Assembly: GCA_027624715.1 (NCBI GenBank)
Contig: JAQBTV010000006.1
Span: 36,121 to 100,120, forward strand
Source: Pseudomonadota bacterium
GTDB lineage: Bacteria > Pseudomonadota > Gammaproteobacteria > Burkholderiales > Eutrophovitaceae
Length of the DNA: 64,000 bases
Reading direction: 5' to 3'
Position numbers and translations under genes: made by a program. Shown here one piece after another: positions 8,432 through 17,956 of the stretch (position 1 is the stretch's first letter; every line of letters starts with the position of its first letter). The notes beneath the pieces are model-generated. The model was given only the letters and a program-made list of their open reading frames with translations. It searched no databases and had not been told where the DNA came from.

Positions 8432-11284
8432 ATGAGCAAGATAGTATGGAAAGATCTAGGAACTCCTGAGCGTAAATCAGAGAGTTGTGTTGATCTCTTG
8501 GTCGATGGTGTGCCGGTTTCTGTTCCAGTGGGCACTTCATTATTACGCGCTGCATCTCTAGCCGGCTTGTCGATTCCCAAGTTGTGTGCGACAGAGAGTC
8601 TCGAGGCCTTTGGTTCATGTCGCTTGTGCTTGGTTGAGATAGAAGGCAGGAAAGGTTATCCAGCATCGTGCACCACTCCCGCTGAGTCGGGAATGGTTGT
8701 GCGTACACAGACTGAAAAGTTAGCGAAATTAAGACGAGAGGTAATGGAGTTATACATTTCAGACCATCCTTTAGACTGTTTAACCTGTTCTGCTAACGGT
8801 GATTGTGAGTTGCAGGATATGGCAGGAACTGTCGGATTAAGAGAAGTTCGCTATGGGTTCGAAGGAGAGAATCATTTAGAAGCGGCCAAAGATGAGTCCA
8901 ATCCGTATTTTACTTTTGATGCGTCAAAATGCATCGTGTGTTCTCGATGTGTCCGAGCTTGTGAAGAGACTCAAGGTACTTTTGCCTTAACTATTGATGG
9001 GCGTGGTTTCGGTTCAACGGTTTCAGCTGGTCAAAAGGAATCATTTTTTGATTCGGAGTGTGTGAGTTGTGGTGCCTGCGTTGCAGCTTGTCCAACAGCG
9101 ACGCTCATGGAGAAGTCTGTAATAAAGCAAGGTCAGCCTAACAGAAGTGTGATTACTACATGTGCGTATTGTGGTGTTGGTTGTTCGTTTAAGGCTGAAG
9201 TCAAAGGTAACGATGTTGTTCGGATGGTGCCTGACTTCAACGGCAAAGCCAATCATGGACACTCTTGTGTTAAAGGCCGGTTCGCGTTCGGGTATGCCAC
9301 TCATAAAGATCGCATTACGAAACCAATGATTCGGAAAAAAATTACAGATGCTTGGAATGAAGTAAGTTGGGAAGAGGCAATGATCTACGCCGCATCCGAA
9401 TTCAAGCGAATCCAGGAGCGTTACGGTCAAGGTTCTATCGGAGGCATTACCTCTTCTAGATGTACGAATGAAGAGACTTATCTTGTACAAAAACTCGTAC
9501 GGGCTGCTTTTGGTAACAATAACGTGGACACATGTGCGCGAGTTTGTCACTCTCCTACAGGGTATGGTCTTAAGACTACACTTGGCGAGTCAGCGGGCAC
9601 GCAAGATTTCGATTCAGTTGAAGATGCGGATGTTGTTGTTGTTATTGGCGCTAATCCCACTGACGGACATCCTGTTTTTGCTTCTCGGCTAAAAAAACGA
9701 CTAAGACAAGGTGCAAAACTTATTGTTGCAGATCCGAGAAAAATTGATCTCGTTGATGGACCTCATGTTAAAGCCAATTATCACTTGAAGTTATTACCAG
9801 GAACGAACGTCGCTCTTGTTAATGCATTGGCGCACGTTATTTATACTGAAGGGTTACATGATCAGGCGTTCGTTAAGGAGCGATGTGAAGAGGTAAATTT
9901 TAAGAAATGGGTGGCTTTTATATCACAAGAGAGAAATTCACCAGAAGATTTGGAGGCGGTTATAGGTGTGCCGGCAGTTGATCTGCGCGAGGCAGCAAGG
10001 TTATATGCGACCGGAGGTAATGGGGCAATTTACTATGGCTTAGGCGTTACAGAGCACAGCCAAGGATCAACGATGGTTCTGGGTATCGCAAATCTCGCGA
10101 TGTTGACGGGGAATATTGGTCGATCTGGTGTTGGTGTAAACCCACTTCGAGGGCAGAACAATGTTCAAGGGGCCTGCGATATGGGATCGTTCCCGCATGA
10201 GCTTCCTGGTTATCGTCACGTGTCGGATACTGTGACTCGAGAGATGTTTGAGCGCGAATGGAATGTATCGCTTGATTCTGAGCCGGGCCTTAGAATTCCT
10301 AATATGCTCGATGCGGCACATTCAGATGAGTTTAAGGGAATTTATATCCAAGGCGAAGATATTGCTCAGTCCGACCCCAATACGCAACACGTAACCTCTG
10401 CGCTTGAAGCTATGGAGTGTGTGGTGGTTCAAGATATTTTTCTTAACGAGACTGCTAAATTTGCACACGTCTTTTTGCCGGGAGCTTCCTTTCTAGAGAA
10501 AGATGGCACATTTACTAATGCCGAGCGCCGTATTTCTAGAATTCGTAAAGTTATGGAACCACTCGGAGGTAAGGCAGATTGGGAGGCTACTATCATGCTT
10601 TCTGAGGCGCTTGGTTATCCAATGGATTACAAGCATCCATCAGAAATCATGGATGAGATCGCACGATTGACCCCGACGTTCAAGGGGGTGAACTATGAGA
10701 AGCTAGATAAAGAAGGCAGTATCCAGTGGCCATGTAATCAGGATGCGCCAGACGGTACGCCAATCATGCATATCTCAAAGTTTGTGCGGGGTAAGGGACG
10801 ATTCGTGGTTACAGAATACGTCCCAACTAGTGAGCGAACGACGCGAAAATATCCTTTAATTTTAACGACTGGAAGAATTTTGTCTCAATACAATGTCGGA
10901 GTGCAAACACGGAGAACTGACAATATTGTGTGGTTTGACGAGGATCGACTTGAGATTCATCCGAGTGACGCTGAATTACGTGGTGTTAAAACAGGCGAGT
11001 GGGTTGGGATCCGCAGTCGAGCAGGGGAGACGGTACTTCGGGCGCATGTGACTGATAAGGTTCAGCCGGGTGTTGTTTATACTACGTTCCATTTCCCGGA
11101 ATCAGGCGCTAATGTCATTACGACAGATAATTCTGATTGGGCGACGAATTGTCCAGAATTTAAAGTTACCGCTGTGCAGGTGGAGCCTGTAACGCAGCCA
11201 GCACAGTGGCAGCAGAAATTCGTGCAGTTTAATAAGCAACAGCTTGAATTATTAGTAAAGGCTGCTGAGCCTGAGCGGGTTTAG
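8432..11284 (+). CDS. fdsA: NAD-dependent formate dehydrogenase alpha subunit (molybdopterin, Cys-type)
   Basis: 950 aa. The N-terminus carries NuoG-like Fe-S clusters (CRLCLVEIEG, CIVCSRCVRAC), followed by a Mo-bisPGD domain. The active-site motif is CARVCHSPTGYG with a TGT Cys codon at 9545-9547; there is no in-frame TGA. Confidence 0.95.
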   Translation: MSKIVWKDLGTPERKSESCVDLLVDGVPVSVPVGTSLLRAASLAGLSIPKLCATESLEAFGSCRLCLVEIEGRKGYPASCTTPAESGMVVRTQTEKLAKLRREVMELYISDHPLDCLTCSANGDCELQDMAGTVGLREVRYGFEGENHLEAAKDESNPYFTFDASKCIVCSRCVRACEETQGTFALTIDGRGFGSTVSAGQKESFFDSECVSCGACVAACPTATLMEKSVIKQGQPNRSVITTCAYCGVGCSFKAEVKGNDVVRMVPDFNGKANHGHSCVKGRFAFGYATHKDRITKPMIRKKITDAWNEVSWEEAMIYAASEFKRIQERYGQGSIGGITSSRCTNEETYLVQKLVRAAFGNNNVDTCARVCHSPTGYGLKTTLGESAGTQDFDSVEDADVVVVIGANPTDGHPVFASRLKKRLRQGAKLIVADPRKIDLVDGPHVKANYHLKLLPGTNVALVNALAHVIYTEGLHDQAFVKERCEEVNFKKWVAFISQERNSPEDLEAVIGVPAVDLREAARLYATGGNGAIYYGLGVTEHSQGSTMVLGIANLAMLTGNIGRSGVGVNPLRGQNNVQGACDMGSFPHELPGYRHVSDTVTREMFEREWNVSLDSEPGLRIPNMLDAAHSDEFKGIYIQGEDIAQSDPNTQHVTSALEAMECVVVQDIFLNETAKFAHVFLPGASFLEKDGTFTNAERRISRIRKVMEPLGGKADWEATIMLSEALGYPMDYKHPSEIMDEIARLTPTFKGVNYEKLDKEGSIQWPCNQDAPDGTPIMHISKFVRGKGRFVVTEYVPTSERTTRKYPLILTTGRILSQYNVGVQTRRTDNIVWFDEDRLEIHPSDAELRGVKTGEWVGIRSRAGETVLRAHVTDKVQPGVVYTTFHFPESGANVITTDNSDWATNCPEFKVTAVQVEPVTQPAQWQQKFVQFNKQQLELLVKAAEPERV

Positions 11285-11294
11285 AGATATATCC

Positions 11295-12113
11295 GTGACC
11301 GGTAACGCCATCATGGAGCATGAAGCGCTCAAATGGACGCTCAATGGCGGAGCGAAGCTAGAGCTTAATTCAATCGCGGAGGAAGTTCCTCTAGCTTTGG
11401 TCTTTAACGGTGAGTCTTTTGCCGTGATGATGGTGAGTCCTTCAGATTTGACTGATTTTGTGGTTGGTTTTTCATTCACTGAGGATTTAATCTCTAATGC
11501 CAGCGAGATAGACGGCATTGAATTTACTCAGAGTGAGAAGGGAATTACGGCTTATATAAGCGTATCGAGAAGTATAGGCGATGATTTGAGGAAACGTAAA
11601 AAGAATGTAGTCGGTCGAACTGGCTGTGGTCTCTGTGGTGAAGAAACGCTTGAGGCTGCTATGCGGTTAGTGTCTAAAGTGAATGCTCCAGATTCGTTTG
11701 AAACAAAAGCGATACAGCGAGCACTTCAATCACTTGAGACGTTGCAGACTATGAATCATGAGGTCGGCACGCTACACGGAGCAGCTTGGTCGGATAAAGA
11801 TGGAAATATTAGCTTGATTAGAGAGGATGTCGGTCGGCATAACGCCTTAGACAAATTGATCGGGGCGCTTTTGCTAAGTCCGGAATATGCACATCCAGGG
11901 TTTGTTTTGATTACGAGTCGGGCAAGTTATGAAATGGTTACAAAGGTCGCTAGAGCTAATGTTGGTCTATTGGTAGCCGTATCAGGTCCTACTTCTCTGG
12001 CGATAAAGACAGCGACCAATAGTGATGTGACTTTAGTTGGTTTCGCACGTAATGGACGTCAGACGATTTATACACACGAAGAGCGGATTTTTTCAGAAGG
12101 AAATGCGCTATGA
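11295..12113 (+). CDS. fdhD: Formate dehydrogenase accessory sulfurtransferase FdhD (FdsC)
   Basis: 272 aa with a GTG start. FdhD hallmarks are present (GRTGCGLCG, EDVGRHNALDKLIG). Confidence 0.9.
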   Translation: MTGNAIMEHEALKWTLNGGAKLELNSIAEEVPLALVFNGESFAVMMVSPSDLTDFVVGFSFTEDLISNASEIDGIEFTQSEKGITAYISVSRSIGDDLRKRKKNVVGRTGCGLCGEETLEAAMRLVSKVNAPDSFETKAIQRALQSLETLQTMNHEVGTLHGAAWSDKDGNISLIREDVGRHNALDKLIGALLLSPEYAHPGFVLITSRASYEMVTKVARANVGLLVAVSGPTSLAIKTATNSDVTLVGFARNGRQTIYTHEERIFSEGNAL

Positions 12114-12334
12114 ATGTGTCTCATTTGGTCAAGATGGTTAACGATATTTCTAATTTTTTTGTTTCTGAAGAGGACAAAAATGAAGCGATCACCGGAGTTG
12201 CCGGACATATGACTCGATTCTGGGATCCTAGAATGAGAAGGGAAATTATCGAGTATTTGGTTAATGACGGAGGCGAGGGTTTAAGTGATTTATCCCGGGA
12301 GGCAATTTTAACTTTAGAGAAGCCTCGGGCCTAG
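12110..12334 (+). CDS. fdsD: Formate dehydrogenase delta subunit
   Basis: 74-aa ORF overlapping fdhD by 4 nt (ATGA). Its position and size match fdsD in fdsGBACD operons, and it contains the FdsD-like motif HMTRFWDPRMR. Confidence 0.8.
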   Translation: MNVSHLVKMVNDISNFFVSEEDKNEAITGVAGHMTRFWDPRMRREIIEYLVNDGGEGLSDLSREAILTLEKPRA

Positions 12335-12340
12335 ATTGCC

Positions 12341-12733
12341 TCATTCGTCAGGTATAAATTTCAGCGCTGTACCATTATTACAATAGCGTAGTCCCGAGGG
12401 TTGAGGTCCATCGGGAAATACGTGTCCATGGTGACCATCACAAGTTGCACATCGGTACTCTGTACGTGGCATAAACAGCTTCTTATCGACTTTGGTGATG
12501 AATGCATCGTGGATGTGCGTAAAAAAACTAGGCCATCCCGTACCACTATCAAACTTCATATCTGACGTAAATAGAGGTGTCTCGCAACCGATGCAAACGA
12601 AGGTTCCTTTGCGCTGTTCCTGATTCAGTGGATGACTGAAGCTACGCTCCGTTCCCTCTTTTCTGAGAATTTGATATTCCTCAGGTGCTAAGTCCGCACG
12701 CCATTGCTCATCTGTTTTACTAAGTTTTCTCAT
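12341..12733 (-). CDS. msrB: Peptide-methionine (R)-S-oxide reductase
   Basis: 130 aa with two CxxC zinc motifs (CIGCETPLF, CATCDGHHGHVF) and the catalytic RYCNNG. Its start overlaps the moeA stop by 4 nt. Confidence 0.93.
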   Translation of the reverse strand: MRKLSKTDEQWRADLAPEEYQILRKEGTERSFSHPLNQEQRKGTFVCIGCETPLFTSDMKFDSGTGWPSFFTHIHDAFITKVDKKLFMPRTEYRCATCDGHHGHVFPDGPQPSGLRYCNNGTALKFIPDE

Positions 12734-14004
12734 GAATCAATTAGACCTCTAATAAGCTGCACATCAACAATTTCGCCAGCATCAACTTTGCCCATATCCG
12801 TTGGGAGAACAATAAAGCAGTGTGCCTGACTCATCGAAGATAAGATTCCTGATCCTTGGTCCCCTGTCGGCTTGACTGTCCATTCACCAGTGAGTGTTTG
12901 GCTAAAAATTCCTCGCTGAAATTCAGTGCGGCCAGGTGTTTTTTTAAGCGGCTCGGTGCAACGCGCCTTGAACGTGGGTGATGGTGTTCGCATTACTTGT
13001 CCTTGGAGTGTTTTAAGAGCTGATTGCACGAACTGGTAGAAAGTTACCATAACCGCTACTGGATTACCGGGTAACCCAAAGAAATGCGATCGACCTACTT
13101 TGCCGAATGCTAAAGGACGACCTGGTTTCATCGCTATTTTCCAAAATAGAACCTCGCCGAGTAGATTCAGTATTGGTTTTACAAAATCTGCCTCACCTAC
13201 GGAAACACCACCACTGGTAATGACTACATCAGCAATGCTTGTTGCATCCCTAAACGCTACTTCAACAGCTTCAGGTGTGTCCTTGATGACACCCATATCA
13301 ATGAGTTCGCAGCCGAGTTCCGTAAGCATTCCAAAAATCGTATAACGATTACTGTCGTAAATTTCTCCTTCTCCGAGTGTATTTCCAATACCAACCAGTT
13401 CATCACCGGTGGAAAAGAAGGCGACGCGAAGTTTTCGATAAACGCTAATCTCGGGTATCCCAAGTGATGCAATAAGTCCAAGATCAGCCGGCCTGACTTT
13501 GTGCCCTTTATGTAAGGCTACGGATCCAAGTTTTAGATCTTCGCCGGTCTTCCGCGTGTTCGATCCTGTTGGTAGGAAATCTACAGTGACAACGCTGGCC
13601 GCCCTCTCTGCGCGCTCCTGCATAATTACTGTGTCAGCACCGTCGGGTATAACTGCACCAGTCATAATTCGAATTGACTCACCTTTTTTTATTGCTCCTT
13701 CGAAGGGTTGTCCTGCAAAGGCAGTACCAACTACAGTCAGTTCTATCTTCTTGCCTTCCTCTAGGTCAACGCCTCTAACTGCATACCCGTCCATCGCTGA
13801 ATTGTCATGCTGAGGCACATTTACTGGTGAGATTACATCTTGTGACAAAATTCGCCCGAGTGCATCACGAATGAACACTCGCTCTGAGCTAGTGACAGGA
13901 TCCAAGAATCCTCCTATATAGCTTCGGGCTTTATCTACGGGCATTGAGTTAGGGTCGTAGTCATTATCTTGGGTAATAATTTCTAATTTATTTTGTTTGG
14001 TCAT
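12730..14004 (-). CDS. moeA: Molybdopterin molybdotransferase
   Basis: MoeA sequence (ISPVNVPQHDNSAMDGYAV, TGAVIPDGADTVIMQE, SGGVSVGEADF, LPGNPVA). The ATG at 14004 is used here; TTG 14043 and GTG 14040 are alternative starts. Confidence 0.9.
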   Translation of the reverse strand: MTKQNKLEIITQDNDYDPNSMPVDKARSYIGGFLDPVTSSERVFIRDALGRILSQDVISPVNVPQHDNSAMDGYAVRGVDLEEGKKIELTVVGTAFAGQPFEGAIKKGESIRIMTGAVIPDGADTVIMQERAERAASVVTVDFLPTGSNTRKTGEDLKLGSVALHKGHKVRPADLGLIASLGIPEISVYRKLRVAFFSTGDELVGIGNTLGEGEIYDSNRYTIFGMLTELGCELIDMGVIKDTPEAVEVAFRDATSIADVVITSGGVSVGEADFVKPILNLLGEVLFWKIAMKPGRPLAFGKVGRSHFFGLPGNPVAVMVTFYQFVQSALKTLQGQVMRTPSPTFKARCTEPLKKTPGRTEFQRGIFSQTLTGEWTVKPTGDQGSGILSSMSQAHCFIVLPTDMGKVDAGEIVDVQLIRGLIDS

Positions 14005-14032
14005 GAGTTTAACGTTTTGAACTTTGAGATAT

Positions 14033-15067
14033 TCATCCACCAATATATGACATCTCTATTTTTCGTGATTTAGCAGTCTCAGATGTCCTTATTTCAGAAT
14101 AATTATCGGTTCTAGCCTGCCAAAGCTTAGTGATGACGTTTGAGATTGTTTTGTCGGATGCTCCTGTTCTAAGTAGCATGCGAAGGTCTGTACCGTGCGT
14201 GGCAAACAGGCAGGTGTAAATCGATCCTTCTGCTGACAATCTAGCTCTCGTGCACGATTGGCAAAAAGCTTGTGAGACTGATGAAATAAACCCGATTTCC
14301 CCTGAGCCATCAGTATACCTCCAGCGCTCGGCAACCTCCCCAAGATAATTGGGTTCGATTGGTTCGATTGGGAAGATTACATTGATACGATCTACTAAGG
14401 TTTGTGATGATACGACGTGACTCATTTTCCAACCATTGGTTGAGCCTACATCCATAAATTCAATGAAGCGAACAATGTGTCCGGTGCCTTTAAAGTGTTT
14501 GGCCATCTCTAAAACGTCATGGTCATTAACTCCTTGTTTCACAACCATGTTGATTTTGATTGGTTTGAAGCCGACTCTGTCGGCTTCTTCGATTCCTTCT
14601 AAAACCTTTGAAACAGGAAAGTTCATATCGTTCATCATCTGAAAGGTGCCATCGTTCAGTGAATCCAGGCTGACCGTGATCCGTTGTAGTCCAGCATCCT
14701 GAAGGATGACGGCTTTTTGTTTAAGCAACGTAGCATTTGTGGTGAGTGTCAGGTCGACTTGATGCGAAGAGGAAATCATTGCAATTAGCTTTTCAAGTTG
14801 TTTCCGCAACAACGGTTCGCCACCTGTGATGCGTACCTTTTCTACGCCCTGATCTTTGAAAACGCCGACTAGCCGATTAATTTCGTCAAATGACAGCAAC
14901 TGCGCGCGCTCTAGAAATTTAAAATCTCTGTCATACACGCTTTTAGGCATGCAATAGGTGCATCTGAAGTTACACCGATCCGTTACAGAGATGCGCAAGT
15001 CTCGCAGATGTCTCTGTCTTGTATCTTGAACTGGTGTATCAATGATCAATGGATTAGTTGAATTCAT
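14033..15067 (-). CDS. moaA: GTP 3',8-cyclase (radical SAM, Moco biosynthesis)
   Basis: 344 aa with the radical-SAM [10 protein letters not shown] motif, a C-terminal [13 protein letters not shown] cluster motif and the terminal GG. Confidence 0.95.
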   Translation of the reverse strand: MNSTNPLIIDTPVQDTRQRHLRDLRISVTDRCNFRCTYCMPKSVYDRDFKFLERAQLLSFDEINRLVGVFKDQGVEKVRITGGEPLLRKQLEKLIAMISSSHQVDLTLTTNATLLKQKAVILQDAGLQRITVSLDSLNDGTFQMMNDMNFPVSKVLEGIEEADRVGFKPIKINMVVKQGVNDHDVLEMAKHFKGTGHIVRFIEFMDVGSTNGWKMSHVVSSQTLVDRINVIFPIEPIEPNYLGEVAERWRYTDGSGEIGFISSVSQAFCQSCTRARLSAEGSIYTCLFATHGTDLRMLLRTGASDKTISNVITKLWQARTDNYSEIRTSETAKSRKIEMSYIGG

Positions 15068-15227
15068 GTGTATAGCTTAATATTCTTTATTTTATGTAAT
15101 ACTTGCCCATTATATACGATTGAACACAACGATCTTTTTCTCTTTGTTGCGTAAAGTGACGTGTTAGTAAACGAGTGATTTACAAGAGATGTAGAATAAG
15201 GCCAACACATCAATTGAGTCGATTAAT

Positions 15228-15485
15228 ATGGAAATAAAAATTTTGTTTTTTGCGAAACTTCGAGAGACCTTCAAGGTAAGTCAAGAAGTTATTGTCTTAG
15301 CGGATGTTGAGAACAAGGTATCAGATGTGCTTAACTTGTTGCGTCAAAGAGGTGACGTTTGGAGGCGTGAACTGGACGAAAGAAAATCCTTCCGTATCGC
15401 AGTTAATCAGGAGATGGTATCGGACGACGTATTTTTAAATGAGGCTGATGAGATGGCTCTCTTTCCACCGGTCACAGGCGGATGA
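15228..15485 (+). CDS. moaD: Molybdopterin synthase sulfur-carrier subunit
   Basis: 85 aa, ubiquitin-like, ending in FPPVTGG (the C-terminal Gly-Gly of MoaD). Confidence 0.85.
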   Translation: MEIKILFFAKLRETFKVSQEVIVLADVENKVSDVLNLLRQRGDVWRRELDERKSFRIAVNQEMVSDDVFLNEADEMALFPPVTGG

Positions 15486-15489
15486 CATC

Positions 15490-15954
15490 ATGAGTGTGCG
15501 CGTACAGACAGAAGATTTCGATGTGAGCCAGGAAATGTTGGCCTTGAGGAAAGTGAATCCTAAAGTCGGCGCTGTAGCCAGCTTTGTCGGTGTTGTTCGT
15601 GATTTAAATGATTGGGAAGATGTTTCTACGCTTGAACTAGAGCATTATCCAGGTATGACGGAGCGGTCACTTGAGCTTATTGTCAATGAGGCGAAAGCTC
15701 GTTGGGATATTTATGATGCATTGATTATTCATCGAGTAGGTAAGCTTCAGCCGTTAGATCAGATTGTGCTAGTCATTGTGACGAGTGCGCATCGTGGCGA
15801 GTCATTTAAGGCTTGTGAGTTTTTAATGGATTATCTAAAAACTCGAGCGCCTTTCTGGAAAAAAGAACAAACGTCTTCAGGAGAGCGGTGGGTAGAGACG
15901 CGGCCGAGTGATACTGAGGCAGCTGAGCGTTGGGCTCGAGCCCAGAATAAGTAG
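15490..15954 (+). CDS. moaE: Molybdopterin synthase catalytic subunit
   Basis: MoaE-like sequence (GAVASFVGVVRD, LEHYPGMTE, ITSAHRGESFKACEFLMDYLKTRAPFWKKE). The ATG at 15490 lies 5 nt after the moaD stop; the track start at 15439 would overlap moaD. Confidence 0.9.
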   Translation: MSVRVQTEDFDVSQEMLALRKVNPKVGAVASFVGVVRDLNDWEDVSTLELEHYPGMTERSLELIVNEAKARWDIYDALIIHRVGKLQPLDQIVLVIVTSAHRGESFKACEFLMDYLKTRAPFWKKEQTSSGERWVETRPSDTEAAERWARAQNK

Positions 15955-15965
15955 TTTGATTGAAT

Positions 15966-16310
15966 ATGTCTGATACGCTACAACCACAATTAAAAGTTAG
16001 TTTCCGTAAGTCTATTGCTATGGGTCCTGGTAAGGCCGCTTTACTTGACGCGATTAAAAAAAATGGGTCTATTTCCGCGGCGGCGCGCGAGCTTGGAATG
16101 TCTTATCGGAGGGCATGGATACTCGTTGACACTATGAATCAATGTTTCGCTGCCGCGCTCGTTGAAACGTTGACTGGTGGAACTCGGGGGGGAGGTGCTC
16201 AGGTTACCGACTTTGGTAAAGAGGTACTTTTGCGCTATCGAGCCATGGAGCGTAAGGCGACAAATAGCGTCAGAGCTGAGATGTCGGAATTCGCTGAATA
16301 CATGCGTTAG
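15966..16310 (+). CDS. ModE N-terminal-domain-only winged-HTH regulator (no Mop/TOBE domains)
   Basis: GPGKAALLDAIKKNGSISAAARELGMSYRRAWILVDTMN...GGTRGGGAQVTDFGKEVL is colinear with the ModE N-terminal domain. The protein ends after about 115 aa. Confidence 0.75.
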   Translation: MSDTLQPQLKVSFRKSIAMGPGKAALLDAIKKNGSISAAARELGMSYRRAWILVDTMNQCFAAALVETLTGGTRGGGAQVTDFGKEVLLRYRAMERKATNSVRAEMSEFAEYMR

Positions 16311-16412
16311 CACGTAATATTCTTGACATGCAGCGTTATATCTAGTTAAATACAATGAAACATAAGTTTGCAGGTCTGACTATGTTAAAAAACCACTTTA
16401 AAGTAAGTCTAG

Positions 16413-16445
16413 TTTTGGCGCCATAAAGGCGCCAAAATTCATTTT
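16413..16445 (+). terminator. 10-bp perfect stem-loop (TTTTGGCGCC-ataaa-GGCGCCAAAA) followed by ttcatttt
   Basis: Inverted repeat read directly at 16413-16437. It lies about 100 nt after the ModE-N gene stop. The U tract is imperfect. Confidence 0.5.
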
Positions 16446-16522
16446 AAAACAAATATTTATGAATATAAGCTAACGTTCTTTTGTAAATTTTGTTTTCATT
16501 TCCAATAACTCTTGAAGCTGTG

Positions 16523-17182
16523 ATGATTCCACTACTTTTAAGCCTAAAAGTGGCGGGCCTGGCAACTATTGTTGCGACAATCGCGGGAGTTTCAGTCGCA
16601 TGGCTTGTAGCTAAGCGCGAGTTTTGGGGGAAGGAATTTTTGGATGCCGTGCTGACCTTACCAGTGGTTCTACCTCCCACCGTATTAGGCTATTACCTGC
16701 TCGTACTTTTGGGGCGCCGCGGGCCTATAGGATCTTGGTTGCAATCTGAATTTGGTATCAATTTAATATTTACATGGCAGGGGGCCGTGATTGCTGCCTC
16801 GATAGTTGCCTTCCCTTTGGTGTATAAATCTGCTCGATCAGCGTTTGAGGGTGTCTCACGACAGTTGGAGGATGCTTCGCGAGTCTTAGGTAAAAGTGAG
16901 ATGCAAGTCTTCGCTCTGGTGACCTTTCCCCTCGCAGTTCGAGGAATATTGGCAGGGGCGATGTTGGCATTTGCGAGAGCGCTCGGAGAGTTTGGTGCCA
17001 CGTTGATGGTGGCTGGAAGTTTACCTGGGAGAACTCAAACTCTCTCAATTGCTGTGTATGAGGCAGTGCAGGCAGGTCATGATCAGATAGCTAATTTTCT
17101 GGTGATTATTACGTCTATTGTTTGCATTGTCGTGTTGCTTGCCTCGAACTATTTTCTCCGACCTAAATATCGTGTGACTTAA
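16523..17182 (+). CDS. modB: Molybdate ABC transporter permease
   Basis: Colinear with E. coli ModB (LLSLKVA, LPVVLPPTVLGYYLLVLLGRRGPIG, FARALGEFGATLMVAG). The ATG at 16523 is preferred to the track start at 16490. Confidence 0.9.
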   Translation: MIPLLLSLKVAGLATIVATIAGVSVAWLVAKREFWGKEFLDAVLTLPVVLPPTVLGYYLLVLLGRRGPIGSWLQSEFGINLIFTWQGAVIAASIVAFPLVYKSARSAFEGVSRQLEDASRVLGKSEMQVFALVTFPLAVRGILAGAMLAFARALGEFGATLMVAGSLPGRTQTLSIAVYEAVQAGHDQIANFLVIITSIVCIVVLLASNYFLRPKYRVT

Positions 17183-17188
17183 ACTGAG

Positions 17189-17956
17189 ATGAGAGTCGAC
17201 GTAGACGTTCAGCAGCTATTTCGGTCCGGTGGACACGACTTCGATTTAAATATTCGATTCAGTTGCGATGAGGATATTACGGTGCTGTTCGGGCAGTCCG
17301 GGGCTGGTAAAAGTCTATTGCTAAAAATAATTGCAGGCTTGCAAAGTGTCAGATCTGGGAAGGTCGTGATTAATGATCGAGTTCTATTTGATTCTGGGAA
17401 AGGCGTAGAGATTGCATCACGGTATCGTAACGTGGGCTATTTGTTCCAAGACTATGCATTATTTCCTCACATGACAGTGGCTGAGAATATTGGATTTTCG
17501 CGACGTTCCATATTCTCAAAAAGATTGAATGGAATTGATTTGGATCGGGTGGAAGAATTACTCGAAATATTTCAAATTAAGGATTTCTCAAAAAAATATC
17601 CATCTGAAATTTCAGGAGGGCAGAGGCAGCGCGTTGGAGTTGCTCGAGCGCTATTACAGCGACCAGAGATTCTTCTTCTCGATGAGCCTTTCTCCGCGCT
17701 TGATCCATTATTAAGAATACAGATGAGAGCAGAACTTAAGAAAATTCAATTAATTTTCGGGATTCCGATTTTATTGATCACGCACGACCCGCAGGATGTT
17801 GCTGAATTAGGACAAAGGTTGATTCTTATCACTCAGGGTTTAGTCACAGATTCTGTTGATCTTTGTGGGGCACCCTACAGAGATTCTTTAGGCGCTCCCG
17901 TGCGACCAGAAATCAGAAAGATATTGTGGAGTGCGGCAGGAATTACGGATGTTTAG
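17189..17956 (+). CDS. modC: Molybdate ABC transporter ATP-binding protein (short form, no C-terminal TOBE domain)
   Basis: Walker A GQSGAGKS, signature SGGQRQRV and Walker B LLLDEPFSALD are present. At 255 aa, the regulatory TOBE domain of E. coli ModC is absent. Confidence 0.85.
   Translation: MRVDVDVQQLFRSGGHDFDLNIRFSCDEDITVLFGQSGAGKSLLLKIIAGLQSVRSGKVVINDRVLFDSGKGVEIASRYRNVGYLFQDYALFPHMTVAENIGFSRRSIFSKRLNGIDLDRVEELLEIFQIKDFSKKYPSEISGGQRQRVGVARALLQRPEILLLDEPFSALDPLLRIQMRAELKKIQLIFGIPILLITHDPQDVAELGQRLILITQGLVTDSVDLCGAPYRDSLGAPVRPEIRKILWSAAGITDV

Noticed and set aside
9545-9547. Possible selenocysteine (in-frame TGA) at the FdsA active site, given that selD lies in the window.
   Set aside because: The codon is TGT (Cys) in the motif CARVCHSPTGYG. 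The 950-codon frame has no internal TGA, so this is a Cys-type Mo formate dehydrogenase.
15068-15227. Moco riboswitch in the moaA/moaD divergent region, and likewise in the modB upstream spacer 16311-16522.
   Set aside because: Both regions are AT-rich and lack the GC-rich multi-stem architecture and conserved CCGAG/GGAAAGG-type elements of the Moco RNA motif. Only a ModE-like half-site (tatatacgat) is visible at about 15111-15120, without a partner half-site.
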